From contig JBAQNN010000002.1 in NCBI GenBank assembly GCA_049303835.1, positions 9,248-73,247 on the forward strand: 64,000 bases of DNA, written 5' to 3'. A program made the translations under genes and the position numbers. Shown here piece after piece: positions 40,630 to 49,825 of the stretch. The DNA comes from Minisyncoccia bacterium. Its GTDB lineage: Bacteria; Patescibacteriota; Minisyncoccia; Phycocordibacterales; UBA9973. Under the pieces are notes generated by a model, which was not told the origin of the DNA, searched no databases, and was given only the letters and a program-made list of their open reading frames with translations. The stretch's first letter is position 1, and every line of letters starts with the position of its first letter.

Positions 40630-41055
40630 TTGTATAATTGGTATATGAAAAATAAAATTTATCTTGCTATTTTTATTGTGTGTGGTTTATTGGCTGCATA
40701 TCTTGTATTTAAAACATTTATAAGTAAAGAAATGTTTGCATTTGCCAATATGCTTTTTGCAATACCGATAGGCGCGATAAGCTTAATCTTTTTCTTTCTC
40801 TTTGTTTACGGAAAAATTTATAATAATCCTGAAAAATTCAACAAAAAAAATCCAATACATGCTACAATAAAATTATCTCCCAATGCCATCCGTGGAATTG
40901 CTCTAGTGTTGGTATTTTTATTTTTAATAATAAACAATTTATCTTTACCTAGCGGTTATATACCATTTCTCAGCGGATTATTTTTAACAATAGAAATGTT
41001 TTCTCTACCACTTGCTTTTATTTTGTTTATTGTAAGTATGTTCGAAAAAAATTAA
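40630..41055 (+). CDS. Hypothetical polytopic membrane protein
   Basis: 141 aa, four hydrophobic helices. Confidence 0.35.
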   Translation: MYNWYMKNKIYLAIFIVCGLLAAYLVFKTFISKEMFAFANMLFAIPIGAISLIFFFLFVYGKIYNNPEKFNKKNPIHATIKLSPNAIRGIALVLVFLFLIINNLSLPSGYIPFLSGLFLTIEMFSLPLAFILFIVSMFEKN

Positions 41056-41095
41056 CTATTAGTAGCAACAACCGTCCTTGCTACTTAAAAAATGA

Positions 41096-41374
41096 TTATA
41101 TGCCAAATTTTCTCCGGAGGATAGCATCTTCTTGCGCCAACTCTTCTTTTGATTTCTGTATTCCGTGTTCTATCCTAAATTTTTCTGCTGCATTTTTTAC
41201 TTTTTCGTATTCTTGCCGTGCAATTTCTCTTTTCTGTGTTTCTGATCCATCCTGCATCTGTTTTATCAGCTCGTCTATTGAAAGCCCGCCTGTTCCTAGT
41301 TCATCTTCACTCTTTTTTTTAGGCTCTACCCCTTTTCTTTTGTCTATAAAATCCCAATTTGTTTTTTCTGTCAT
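41096..41374 (-). CDS. Small charged hypothetical protein
   Basis: 92-aa ORF, coiled-coil-like K/E-rich. Confidence 0.3.
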   Translation of the reverse strand: MTEKTNWDFIDKRKGVEPKKKSEDELGTGGLSIDELIKQMQDGSETQKREIARQEYEKVKNAAEKFRIEHGIQKSKEELAQEDAILRRKFGI

Positions 41375-41479
41375 ACAATGATTTATGGGGAAGTAGAGAA
41401 TCTCACTACCCTATTTAATTACGTAATTAATTATGTACCTAATTATACACCCCCTCAGTCATCTTCCAAAAGTATTGCT

Positions 41480-41502
41480 ATGTGCTAGGTCTTGCCTAGC
41501 AC
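41480..41502. repeat. REP-like palindrome GTGCTAGG-tcttg-CCTAGCAC on the left flank of the transposase
   Basis: Perfect 8-bp stem. An inverted copy sits at 42182-42204. Confidence 0.6.
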
Positions 41503-42182
41503 AACTCATTTTTATAACTTATCCATTCTAAAATCTCCTTTTTAAAATCTTTCTCCAAGGGAAAGTACTCAGGATAAACTTCACTGTCAAGAATTGAATT
41601 CTGTTTTCTTTTTGTGTCTAAATAATCAAGATAGCTCGAGTATTTATAGTCATCTAGATATTTTAAGACTTCATTTTTATTTTTTATTCCCTTTTCTTTC
41701 CAATCTTTTTGTATTAATTTAACAGGATTTAAGTGAATATAAGAAAATATATATTTTAAATATCTATCAGTATCTAAATGTTTCGATTTAAATTTACCCT
41801 CAAAAAGCCCTCCTGCTCTCTTGTATTTTTTGTTGTAATACATCACATATGCTGTACACAACTTCTGCATAAATTTACTTACACCATTTTTTTCTTTGTG
41901 TGTTATTAAAATATGAAAATGATTTGGCATTAAACAGTAAGCTCCAATATTCACTATCTGACTTCCCCTTTCCCAGAGATATGGATCTTCTTCACTCCTT
42001 TTAAGAATAAAATTTCTAAAATTGTTTTCAGAGTTACAGGTGTAAAGCAAAGTAATAAAGTGCCAATAATCTTGGGCATCGTGAAATATTTTTTGTTTAC
42101 TATTCCCACGATTGTATAGATGATAATATTCACCCTCAGCAAAAGAGGTTTTTCTGATAGACATAAATAAATTATACCACAT
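41496..42182 (-). mobile_element. tnpA: IS200/IS605-family Y1 (HUH) transposase, REP-associated tyrosine transposase (RAYT)-like
   Basis: HuH motif CLMPNHFHILI and a downstream catalytic Tyr region (YIHLNPVK), 228 aa. Flanked by inverted palindromes. Confidence 0.7.
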
Positions 42183-42204
42183 GTGCTAGGCAAGACCTAG
42201 CACA
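42182..42204. repeat. REP-like palindrome GTGCTAGG-caaga-CCTAGCAC on the right flank of the transposase (inverted relative to 41480)
   Basis: Perfect 8-bp stem with the loop reverse-complemented. Confidence 0.6.
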
Positions 42205-42218
42205 TTATACAACAAAAA

Positions 42219-42992
42219 TTAAATTTTAGTTAAAATTTCTGGCTCCCCTTCTGTTATCAGAATAGTATGTTCAAAATGAGCGCTATTTTTGCGGTCTGCC
42301 GTGCGAAAAGTCCAATCGTCGTCATCTATGGTCACGTGCTTTGTGCCGAGGTTTAACATCGGCTCCAGAGCGATGATCATCCCCGACACGAGCTTCTCTC
42401 CTTTACCCTTTTTCCCAAAATTTGGAATAAATGGATCTTCGTGAATCGCTTTACCCACACCGTGCCCAGCGAGAACTTCTACGATGCCGTATTTTCTTTC
42501 CTGCGCATGGACATAGCTTTCTATCGCATATCCTATATCTCCCACCGTGTTCCCCGCTATGGCTGCATCAATACCTACTTGAAGTGCCCGTTCGGTAACT
42601 TGCAGAAGCTTCAAGTTTTCCGGGCTGACTTTACCCACAGGCACAGTGATAGCCATATCGGTGAAAAGCCCTTTGTGTTTGGTGCCCAAATCAATAGACA
42701 CTATATCCCCCTCTTTCAAAATTTTATTTTTATTTGGAATACCATGCACCACTTCATCATTTACAGAGACACATAAAGAAGCGGGAAATGGCGAGCTTGC
42801 TCCTTCGGGACGATAATTGAAAAATGCTGGAATGTCCCCAAGCTCACGAATAAATTGCTCTGCATAAGTATCTAAATCTTTTGTAGATACACCGGGTGCG
42901 ACTTTGTCCGCTACTTTATAAAGTACTGTTGCCAGATTCTTACAACCTGCACGAATTATTTCTATTTCTTCTTTTGTTTTGATAATGACCAT
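42219..42992 (-). CDS. map: Methionine aminopeptidase, type I
   Basis: Metal ligands in SIDLGTKHKGLFTDMAITVPVG, HGVGKAIHE and ALEPM. 257 aa. Confidence 0.9.
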   Translation of the reverse strand: MVIIKTKEEIEIIRAGCKNLATVLYKVADKVAPGVSTKDLDTYAEQFIRELGDIPAFFNYRPEGASSPFPASLCVSVNDEVVHGIPNKNKILKEGDIVSIDLGTKHKGLFTDMAITVPVGKVSPENLKLLQVTERALQVGIDAAIAGNTVGDIGYAIESYVHAQERKYGIVEVLAGHGVGKAIHEDPFIPNFGKKGKGEKLVSGMIIALEPMLNLGTKHVTIDDDDWTFRTADRKNSAHFEHTILITEGEPEILTKI

Positions 42993-42996
42993 ATCA

Positions 42997-43677
42997 TTAT
43001 GAAATTACTGTTCCAATAAACTCCTCTCCGTTTAAACACTTTGCCAAATTATCAATCGGTTTTCCATTCATGATTATTACCTTCATCTCTTTTTTCTCTG
43101 CCGTTTCGGACGCGATAGGATCAAAAGGAGTACTCAACCCGGGATTCCATTCTTTTGGAATAAGGGCGCGGTAATCCGCCCAAGAAATTTGCTCTATTTT
43201 TTTTGCATCTAAATTAATTTTTGGATCTCTATCATACACATAATCAGTATTGGATAAATTAATTATTTTTTTTATTCCAAGAGCTTCTGCCCCTTTGACT
43301 GCATCCCAATCCGTACTGCGCCCAGGGCGAAAGGCTGAGCCGATGACAATTGGTTTTTCGGAAACAACTCCGAGAGATAAATCTGCGACAACTTCGTCAT
43401 GAGCATGTTCCCCAAAGATAACTCTCAGCAGTTCAGCATTTAATTTTAGGGATGCGATGCCGATCCAGTCCAAATCTTCATTTGAAGGATGGCCGATTTC
43501 TTTAGCGACATTTTGATATTTTCTACATATTTTCCCTCCTCCGGTAATAATTATAAATTTTTTACCTTGCTCAACCTGAGAAAGTATTAATTTTTTGAAA
43601 TCCTGTAAGAAACTGATGTCTATCTCCCCTGGAACGATGAGCGAACCACCAAGTGAAATGATTATCGTTTCTTCCAT
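42997..43677 (-). CDS. pyrH: Uridylate kinase, archaeal-type (amino-acid kinase family)
   Basis: IIISLGGSLIVPGE..IIITGGGKICRKY matches the archaeal UMP kinase pattern. 226 aa. Confidence 0.6.
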   Translation of the reverse strand: MEETIIISLGGSLIVPGEIDISFLQDFKKLILSQVEQGKKFIIITGGGKICRKYQNVAKEIGHPSNEDLDWIGIASLKLNAELLRVIFGEHAHDEVVADLSLGVVSEKPIVIGSAFRPGRSTDWDAVKGAEALGIKKIINLSNTDYVYDRDPKINLDAKKIEQISWADYRALIPKEWNPGLSTPFDPIASETAEKKEMKVIIMNGKPIDNLAKCLNGEEFIGTVIS

Positions 43678-43678
43678 A

Positions 43679-44266
43679 CTAGTAGCCTAAGGCTTTAATA
43701 ATATCTTTGTGTACATCCTCTATTGATTGTTCACCGTTGATTGTGTGAATCTCATACCCTTCTTTGTCTTTAAAATAATTCATTGCTGGAACTACTTTAT
43801 TTTTATACTCATTAAATCTTTTAGTAAGACCTTCTTTTGTATCATCTTGTCGGCCTCTCAATAAATTCCTTTTCATTGCTTCTTCTTCGGAAAGCTCAAT
43901 ATAGATTATCCTAATCTCATCTCGTTTGAAAAATTTCATCATTTCTTCAAACACAATACTCTGAGAAGCGGTACGGGGATACCCATCTGCAATTAAATTT
44001 TTATCCGGAGAAAGGTTGGAAATTAAAATATTAATGAACACCGCATCGGTCAAAAAATCCGGGACTAAAATACCGTTATGAACATATTCTTTTACCAATT
44101 CGGCGGTATAATTGCCAGATTCAATCAGCTTCCTGAAACCATCTCCTGTTCCGGCGTATATGGACTCTCGGCTATCCTTAGCCTTTAAAAAATCAGTTAG
44201 GAGCTTTACCTGGGTTCCTTTACCTGAACCAACCTGCCCAAAAAACACAAAAGTCTGTGATCGCAT
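43679..44266 (-). CDS. adk: Adenylate kinase
   Basis: P-loop FFGQVGSGKGTQ at the N-terminus when started at MRSQTF (ATG at 44264-44266). The longer ORF-track version overlaps the plus-strand kinase gene. Confidence 0.85.
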   Translation of the reverse strand: MRSQTFVFFGQVGSGKGTQVKLLTDFLKAKDSRESIYAGTGDGFRKLIESGNYTAELVKEYVHNGILVPDFLTDAVFINILISNLSPDKNLIADGYPRTASQSIVFEEMMKFFKRDEIRIIYIELSEEEAMKRNLLRGRQDDTKEGLTKRFNEYKNKVVPAMNYFKDKEGYEIHTINGEQSIEDVHKDIIKALGY

Positions 44267-44288
44267 ATGTGCTATAATAGCATAAATT

Positions 44289-44855
44289 ATGAAAAAAGAA
44301 ATTATAACCATCTGCGGAGGTCTCGGAAGTGGAAAGTCCAGCACTGCCAAGAAAGTAGCGGAAATTTTAGGATTCCAACACTTCTCTTCAGGTGATTTTT
44401 TTAGGCAAGTTGGACTGGAGCTTGGTTTGTCTATTAATGAGATGAACAAAAAAGCTGAAGTAGATCCAAAAATAGACAAAACAATAGACCAAAAACTGCG
44501 AGACATGAGAAATAAAGAGAAAGTAGTTATTGATTCACGCACGGCATATCACTGGATACCGGAATCGTTTAAGATATATTTGGACCTATCACAAGAAATT
44601 GCCAAAGACAGAATCTTAAACAGTATAAAGGAAAATAAATTGAGGATGGAAAGTGAACAAATTTCTTCCGCCGAAGAAGCGTATGAAAAAATGCAGGAGC
44701 GTTTTTCAAGTGAACAGAAAAGATATTGGGATCTGTATAAAATAAATAACACTGATAAAAATAATTTTGATTTGGTTATAGACACAAACAAAAACAACCT
44801 GGAGCAGGTTGTTGATATTATCGTCACTGAATATAAAAAGTGGATAAAAAACTAA
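44289..44855 (+). CDS. cmk: Cytidylate kinase-like P-loop NMP kinase (archaeal type)
   Basis: ITICGGLGSGKSSTAKKVAEILGFQHFSSGDFFRQ. 188 aa. Confidence 0.55.
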   Translation: MKKEIITICGGLGSGKSSTAKKVAEILGFQHFSSGDFFRQVGLELGLSINEMNKKAEVDPKIDKTIDQKLRDMRNKEKVVIDSRTAYHWIPESFKIYLDLSQEIAKDRILNSIKENKLRMESEQISSAEEAYEKMQERFSSEQKRYWDLYKINNTDKNNFDLVIDTNKNNLEQVVDIIVTEYKKWIKN

Positions 44856-46123
44856 TACTCTCGCATGGAAATTTGCGCGTCAACTTTTTTTATCAAATCA
44901 AGCACTACGGATACTACGATCAAAATAGATGTACCGCCCAAAGCAAAAGAAGCATTACCAGTGATAAACTGCATAATAAGAGGTAAAACTGCGATAAAAC
45001 CTAGAAAAACAGCACCTAAAAGGGTGATCCGACTCAAAACCTTTGAAATATATTCTGAAGTAGAGGGACCCGGACGAATTCCCGGGATAAACGCACCATT
45101 TTTCTGCAAATTGGTGGAAAGAGCCTCAGGGTCAAAGGTCACCGCTGTATAGAAATAAGTAAAGATAAACACAAAAACGAAATACAACACGGCGTAAAGT
45201 ACACTGGTCTGAGTAAATGCCATCAAGATATCAGAAATTTTTGCCAAAACAACATTTGAATATCTAGACAAAAAAGTACCGATCATCTGAGGGAAAAGTA
45301 AAATGGAAAGCGCAAAAATTATCGGAATAACTCCGGCTTGATTTACCCGAAGCGGCAGATAGGTAGAACCACCACCAAACATTTTCATCCCTCGCACCCT
45401 CTTGGCATAAGTAACAGGGATAGGACGTTCTGCTTCGGTAACAAGCACAATTCCTGCCAAAATAATTATACCTATAACAGCAAATACTAGATAAAGAGGA
45501 ATCTGTGAAACTTCAAAAGTAAAGACTTGTTCTCCGATCCACGAAGGAAGTCTAGAAACTATTCCGGCAAAGATTATTATAGAAACTCCATTTCCTATAC
45601 CAAACTCGGAAATAAGTTCTCCTATCCACATTATCAACAATGCACCAGCGACGATAATGACCAAATTAGCAAAACGATCAAAAGAAGACAAATTAAATAT
45701 GATGTTCTGTTGTTCAAGAATATATAAAAGACTAAAACCCTGAATAGCGGCCAACGGCACAGTAAGCAATCTTCCATATTGAGCAAATTTTTTCTTGCCT
45801 GCCTCTCCTTCTTCGTGATAAATCTTTTTCAAGGCAGGAACCATGATAGTCAAAAGTTGCATGATAATAGAACCGGTGATGTATGGTCCTACTCCTAGCA
45901 TAATGATGGAAAGGTTGGAAAGTCCACCCCCAGAAAAGATATTTAAAATACCAAAAAATTGGTTATTAGAAAGAAATCGTTCTAGCGCTACCGTATCAAT
46001 ACCGGGGATAGGAATAGCTGAAAGTAATCTAAATACTATCAACGCAAAAAAAACAAACAGTACTCTATTGCGTAAGCCTGTATCTGTCCAAATTAATTTC
46101 AATTTATTCCAAAAATTTTGCAT
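44852..46123 (-). CDS. secY: Preprotein translocase subunit SecY
   Basis: Ten TM helices, 423 aa, canonical position after rplO. Confidence 0.9.
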   Translation of the reverse strand: MQNFWNKLKLIWTDTGLRNRVLFVFFALIVFRLLSAIPIPGIDTVALERFLSNNQFFGILNIFSGGGLSNLSIIMLGVGPYITGSIIMQLLTIMVPALKKIYHEEGEAGKKKFAQYGRLLTVPLAAIQGFSLLYILEQQNIIFNLSSFDRFANLVIIVAGALLIMWIGELISEFGIGNGVSIIIFAGIVSRLPSWIGEQVFTFEVSQIPLYLVFAVIGIIILAGIVLVTEAERPIPVTYAKRVRGMKMFGGGSTYLPLRVNQAGVIPIIFALSILLFPQMIGTFLSRYSNVVLAKISDILMAFTQTSVLYAVLYFVFVFIFTYFYTAVTFDPEALSTNLQKNGAFIPGIRPGPSTSEYISKVLSRITLLGAVFLGFIAVLPLIMQFITGNASFALGGTSILIVVSVVLDLIKKVDAQISMREY

Positions 46124-46135
46124 AGTAGCTTATTC

Positions 46136-46438
46136 TTACCGAATTTTTATCTTTTTCCCTTTGATATTTAATCTCTTGCGGATTTCCGATAATTTCTCTG
46201 TCTTAGATATGAGCTTGTCTTTCTCTACCACAAAAACTTTCTGGATAGATTTAAATTGATATCCTCGGTTCTTTGGTAATTTCTTAATGATATCACGAAG
46301 CTCCGGGCGACGCTTGTTACCAGCACGAGCTGTCTGTCCCTTGCCTCCTCGGCCGGAAGTCTTGGCATGTTTGCCTCCTCGGCCCACTAGCCTATCTCTC
46401 TTGTTTTTGTGTTGTCTCTTTAAATTGTGTATTTGCAT
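46136..46438 (-). CDS. rplO: 50S ribosomal protein L15 (short form)
   Basis: Gly/Arg/Lys-rich N-terminus GRGGKHAKTSGRGGKGQTARAG. Position between rpsE and secY. No rpmD (L30) gene precedes it. Confidence 0.7.
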   Translation of the reverse strand: MQIHNLKRQHKNKRDRLVGRGGKHAKTSGRGGKGQTARAGNKRRPELRDIIKKLPKNRGYQFKSIQKVFVVEKDKLISKTEKLSEIRKRLNIKGKKIKIR

Positions 46439-46442
46439 GACA

Positions 46443-47015
46443 TTATTCTGCAGTAGGAACTACTACTTCTTTATTATCAATAACCACACTTTCAGGAACT
46501 TCTTTTTCATGTTTCAAAGTGATAGCGGACAATGCTGACATCACTGCTTTCGCATTATTTAATTTATTTTTACTGTTAGAAAGAATTTTACCTGTGATGT
46601 CTTTGACTCCCGACAACTTTATTATGTCACGAATCACAGAACCTGCCACCAGCCCACGTCCTTTGTTGGGCATCAAAACTACCTGAGAACTTGAAAACTT
46701 AGCCGAGAGTTCATAAGGGATAGACATCGTCTTTGTGAGGTTTAGTTTTACCATATTCTTTTTGGCGTTTCGTAAGGCCTTGTTTATAGCCAAAGCTGTA
46801 TCTCCTGCCTTGCCCAAACCTAAACCTACTCGTCCCTTTTTATCACCAGCTACCAGGGCAACACTGAAAGAAAACCTGCGTCCTCCCGCTACGACACGAG
46901 TGACACGACGAATGTCAATAATCTTTTGATCAAATTCGGGCTTCACCCTATTGAAAGAAGATGGCCTACGACCACTATTTTTTTTATCTCTTGTGTTTTC
47001 TTTTGGTTTTTCCAT
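46443..47015 (-). CDS. rpsE: 30S ribosomal protein S5
   Basis: RVTRVVAGGRRFSFSVALVAGDKKGRVGLGLGKAGD. Confidence 0.9.
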   Translation of the reverse strand: MEKPKENTRDKKNSGRRPSSFNRVKPEFDQKIIDIRRVTRVVAGGRRFSFSVALVAGDKKGRVGLGLGKAGDTALAINKALRNAKKNMVKLNLTKTMSIPYELSAKFSSSQVVLMPNKGRGLVAGSVIRDIIKLSGVKDITGKILSNSKNKLNNAKAVMSALSAITLKHEKEVPESVVIDNKEVVVPTAE

Positions 47016-47024
47016 AAATCTCTT

Positions 47025-47366
47025 TTAAAACTCCAAGCCTGCGGCACGCGCCGTGTCAGCTACTAATTTTATTCTTCCAGTGTATTTAAAACCATTACGA
47101 TCAAAGACAACCTTTTTAAAGTTATTTTTCAGACAAGAAGTCGCGATGGCATTGCCTACTTCCTTTGCTCTTTCTGTCTTTGTGCCTTTGGTTATTTTTA
47201 CGTCGCTTGCTTGTGCTAAAGTCTTACCGGTCATATCGTTGATAACTTGCGCATAGATAAATTTATTGGAACGAAAAACTGTCAGACGAGGGCGTGCTTC
47301 CGTACCTTGAATCTTTGTTCTTATCTTTTTCTTTAATCGTATTCTTTTGTCAGTTTTGTTTTGCAT
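47025..47366 (-). CDS. rplR: 50S ribosomal protein L18
   Basis: RLTVFRSNKFIYAQVINDMTGKTLA. Confidence 0.85.
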   Translation of the reverse strand: MQNKTDKRIRLKKKIRTKIQGTEARPRLTVFRSNKFIYAQVINDMTGKTLAQASDVKITKGTKTERAKEVGNAIATSCLKNNFKKVVFDRNGFKYTGRIKLVADTARAAGLEF

Positions 47367-47371
47367 GTTAT

Positions 47372-47905
47372 TTATACTGTTTTCTTACCCTGTTTACGTC
47401 TGATAACTTCATTTTCGTAGCGCATTCCTTTCCCCTTATAAGGTTCCGGTTTCTTCAGTGCACGGACTGCAGCAGTAAAACTACCCACCAGTTCTTTATC
47501 AATCCCCGTGATTGTAATGTTGTTCTTTTCGGCAGTGGCTGTTATCCCCTCTGGGGTAGACACGATAACGGGATGAGAAAAACCCAGTGCAAAATGAAGT
47601 TCTTTGCCTTTGACTTCGGATTTAAATCCGACACCTTCTAAAATTAGTTTTTTTTGATACGGCTTCTCTACTCCTTCAATCATATTTTTTATGTGCGAAG
47701 CATATGTACCCCAAAGAGATTTAGAAAATTTATCGTTTCTCTTGATATTTAAAGTTACGACACTGCCTGTAATAGTTATAGTAACGTCATCTCTAAATGT
47801 CTTAGTGAGTGTGCCCTTGGAGCCAGCCACAGTAATTACGTTGCCATTTTGTGTGACTTTGACTCCGGCTGGTATTAAAATTTCTTGTTTTCCAATTCTT
47901 GACAT
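47372..47905 (-). CDS. rplF: 50S ribosomal protein L6
   Basis: MSRIGKQEILIPAGVKV. Confidence 0.9.
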   Translation of the reverse strand: MSRIGKQEILIPAGVKVTQNGNVITVAGSKGTLTKTFRDDVTITITGSVVTLNIKRNDKFSKSLWGTYASHIKNMIEGVEKPYQKKLILEGVGFKSEVKGKELHFALGFSHPVIVSTPEGITATAEKNNITITGIDKELVGSFTAAVRALKKPEPYKGKGMRYENEVIRRKQGKKTV

Positions 47906-47914
47906 ATATTTTAA

Positions 47915-48301
47915 TTACCAAATTTTAAATAACGCCTCTCCCCCGACTTGTTCCTTCCTCGCTTCCTTGCCTGATAAAATTCCTTTGGGAGTAGAAAGGA
48001 CAAGCAACCCTGACCCATTTCTGACAGAATGGATATCTTTCATCCCAAAATAGACACGACGAGATTGTTTAGAAATTCTTTCTACTTCAGTAATTTTAGG
48101 TTTATTGTCCACGTATAGAAGCCCTACTTCCAGTACCGGTTGTCCTTTTTTTACTTTTTTTGAAACATTAGAAATATATCCTGCCTTTTTTAAGCATTCA
48201 CTGACAGCGTTTTTCATTTTAGAATACGGAAAAGATACAGACTCTTTGCCAGCCAAGCTTCCGTTCTTCATTATTATTATCATGTTTGAAATTGAATCCA
48301 T
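47915..48301 (-). CDS. rpsH: 30S ribosomal protein S8
   Basis: DSISNMIIIMKNGSLAGKESV. Confidence 0.9.
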   Translation of the reverse strand: MDSISNMIIIMKNGSLAGKESVSFPYSKMKNAVSECLKKAGYISNVSKKVKKGQPVLEVGLLYVDNKPKITEVERISKQSRRVYFGMKDIHSVRNGSGLLVLSTPKGILSGKEARKEQVGGEALFKIW

Positions 48302-48317
48302 AGATTTATTTAATTTT

Positions 48318-48503
48318 TTACCAAGAAGACTTTCTGACTCCCGGCAACATACCCTCGTTTGCTAATTCTCTGAAACAAATACGACAAATACCAAAATCTC
48401 GCATGAAAGCATTGCCGCGGCCACAACGAAAACATCGATTTTTAGCTCGAGTGGAAAATTTCGGTGTTTTTTTACTTCTTGCTACGACTGATGTTTTGGC
48501 CAT
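48318..48503 (-). CDS. rpsZ: 30S ribosomal protein S14 type Z (zinc-binding)
   Basis: 61 aa, [17 protein letters not shown]. Confidence 0.9.
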   Translation of the reverse strand: MAKTSVVARSKKTPKFSTRAKNRCFRCGRGNAFMRDFGICRICFRELANEGMLPGVRKSSW

Positions 48504-48649
48504 AAATAAATATTATCCATTTTATAGGGGATATCTTGTGTGTTTTCTTAAAACCCAGAGACTGTCTGGAAAAGCCTTAAGGAGAAACACAGATCCAACC
48601 TAACTCCTGGACCTTTTCATACTAGCAAATAAACCTAAAATAGTCAAAC

Positions 48650-49171
48650 CTAGTGATCAGCGTAAAGATAGTTACTGTAGGGCCAGTTTATACACCAAAC
48701 ACCTTCACTGCCTAATGTGTAAAATTTCCATCGTTTTAATTCACAACGATTCTTATTTCCCTCATCTTCAAATTTAGTAACTAAATCGTATTTACCAGGA
48801 TACAATGCTTCATTGGAAAGAAAAGCATAGTTATAATAATCTCCGACACTCCAAGGGCCCCCTGCCGCAGTATTTATCGGATCTCTAGGAAGAGAATCTA
48901 TATATGGAGCAAGCGCAGTCTGTAAGGTATCCCAGCCAGATGAATAACTATAAACCCAACTAGTGGCAATAGGATAACGATTATAATCATTAAAATACAT
49001 TTCCAGAGCTACTTGAATCTGGTGTAAATCTGAAATTCTCCTCGCATCCCTCGCTTTCTCTCTCGCAGAATTCAAGCTAGCAAAAACAACAGACGAAAGC
49101 AGACTAATGATGGCGACTACTACCAGAAGTTCAATTAAAGTGAATCCTTTTGCTTTAGACTGCCCATTCAT
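48650..49171 (-). CDS. Type IV pilin-like protein inserted in the spc ribosomal operon
   Basis: KGFTLIELLVVVAIISLLSSVVFASLNSAREKARDARRISDLHQIQVALEMYFN. Start at MNGQSK (ATG at 49169-49171). Confidence 0.7.
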   Translation of the reverse strand: MNGQSKAKGFTLIELLVVVAIISLLSSVVFASLNSAREKARDARRISDLHQIQVALEMYFNDYNRYPIATSWVYSYSSGWDTLQTALAPYIDSLPRDPINTAAGGPWSVGDYYNYAFLSNEALYPGKYDLVTKFEDEGNKNRCELKRWKFYTLGSEGVWCINWPYSNYLYADH

Positions 49172-49190
49172 GAGTAAATGATACCTCAAT

Positions 49191-49240
49191 CTCCCAAAAA
49201 TAAAAACCTCGTGAACTAACGAGGTTTTTATTTTTGGGAG
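49191..49240 (-). promoter_or_regulatory. Perfect 22-bp stem / 6-nt loop hairpin between rplE and the inserted pilin gene
   Basis: CTCCCAAAAATAAAAACCTCGT-gaacta-ACGAGGTTTTTATTTTTGGGAG is exactly complementary. Confidence 0.55.
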
Positions 49241-49254
49241 ATTTAAATATTTTT

Positions 49255-49821
49255 TTATTTCTTTTTATTATCTTCTTCCTTCTTAAAAGGAACGCCCAGA
49301 AGTTCAAAAAAGGCTGTGCCTTCTTTTTTAGTTTTAGCGCTAGAAACGATAGTTATGGACAAGCCAAAGACATCACGAATATCTTCATCTGCAGTTTCTG
49401 GAAAAATAGTGTGTTCTTTTATGCCAATAGTCAAGTTTCCGACATTGTCCACTGCTGTACGATTTATCCCTCGGAAATCCTTTGTTCTAGGAAGAGCGAT
49501 ATTAATAAGCTTTTCCAAAAAAGCATACATTCTACCTCCACGCATCGTCACCATAATACCGATAGGGTCCCCCTGGCGAACTTTAAAAGACGAAATTGAT
49601 TGTTTGGCGCCACGCAATGATCCTTTCTGTCCGGTAATCTTGGCCAATCTCTCGGCGATAGCGTCATTCTTGTTCTTGTCTTTCTTCATGGGGGTACCCG
49701 TGCCAGTATTGACTACCACTTTTTTTATCTTAGGAGCAGCCATTATGTTTTTATAACCAAAAATTTCTTTCATTTTTTGGAATGCCTCTCCTTCTTTTTC
49801 TTTTATAGTTAAATGTTTCAT
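49255..49821 (-). CDS. rplE: 50S ribosomal protein L5
   Basis: MKHLTIKEKEGEAFQKMKEIFGYKNIMAAPKIKKVVVNTGTG. Confidence 0.9.
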   Translation of the reverse strand: MKHLTIKEKEGEAFQKMKEIFGYKNIMAAPKIKKVVVNTGTGTPMKKDKNKNDAIAERLAKITGQKGSLRGAKQSISSFKVRQGDPIGIMVTMRGGRMYAFLEKLINIALPRTKDFRGINRTAVDNVGNLTIGIKEHTIFPETADEDIRDVFGLSITIVSSAKTKKEGTAFFELLGVPFKKEEDNKKK

Positions 49822-49825
49822 ATTA

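Noticed and set aside
43679-44542. 287-aa minus-strand ORF extending adenylate kinase upstream
   Set aside because: The N-terminal 92 residues are low-complexity and overlap the well-formed plus-strand P-loop kinase gene (44289..44855). The kinase P-loop begins right after the internal Met at 44266.
49191-49240. Calling the 22-bp hairpin a simple rho-independent terminator
   Set aside because: No T-run follows the stem on the transcribed strand; the T-runs lie inside the stem. It is therefore reported as a regulatory or processing structure instead.
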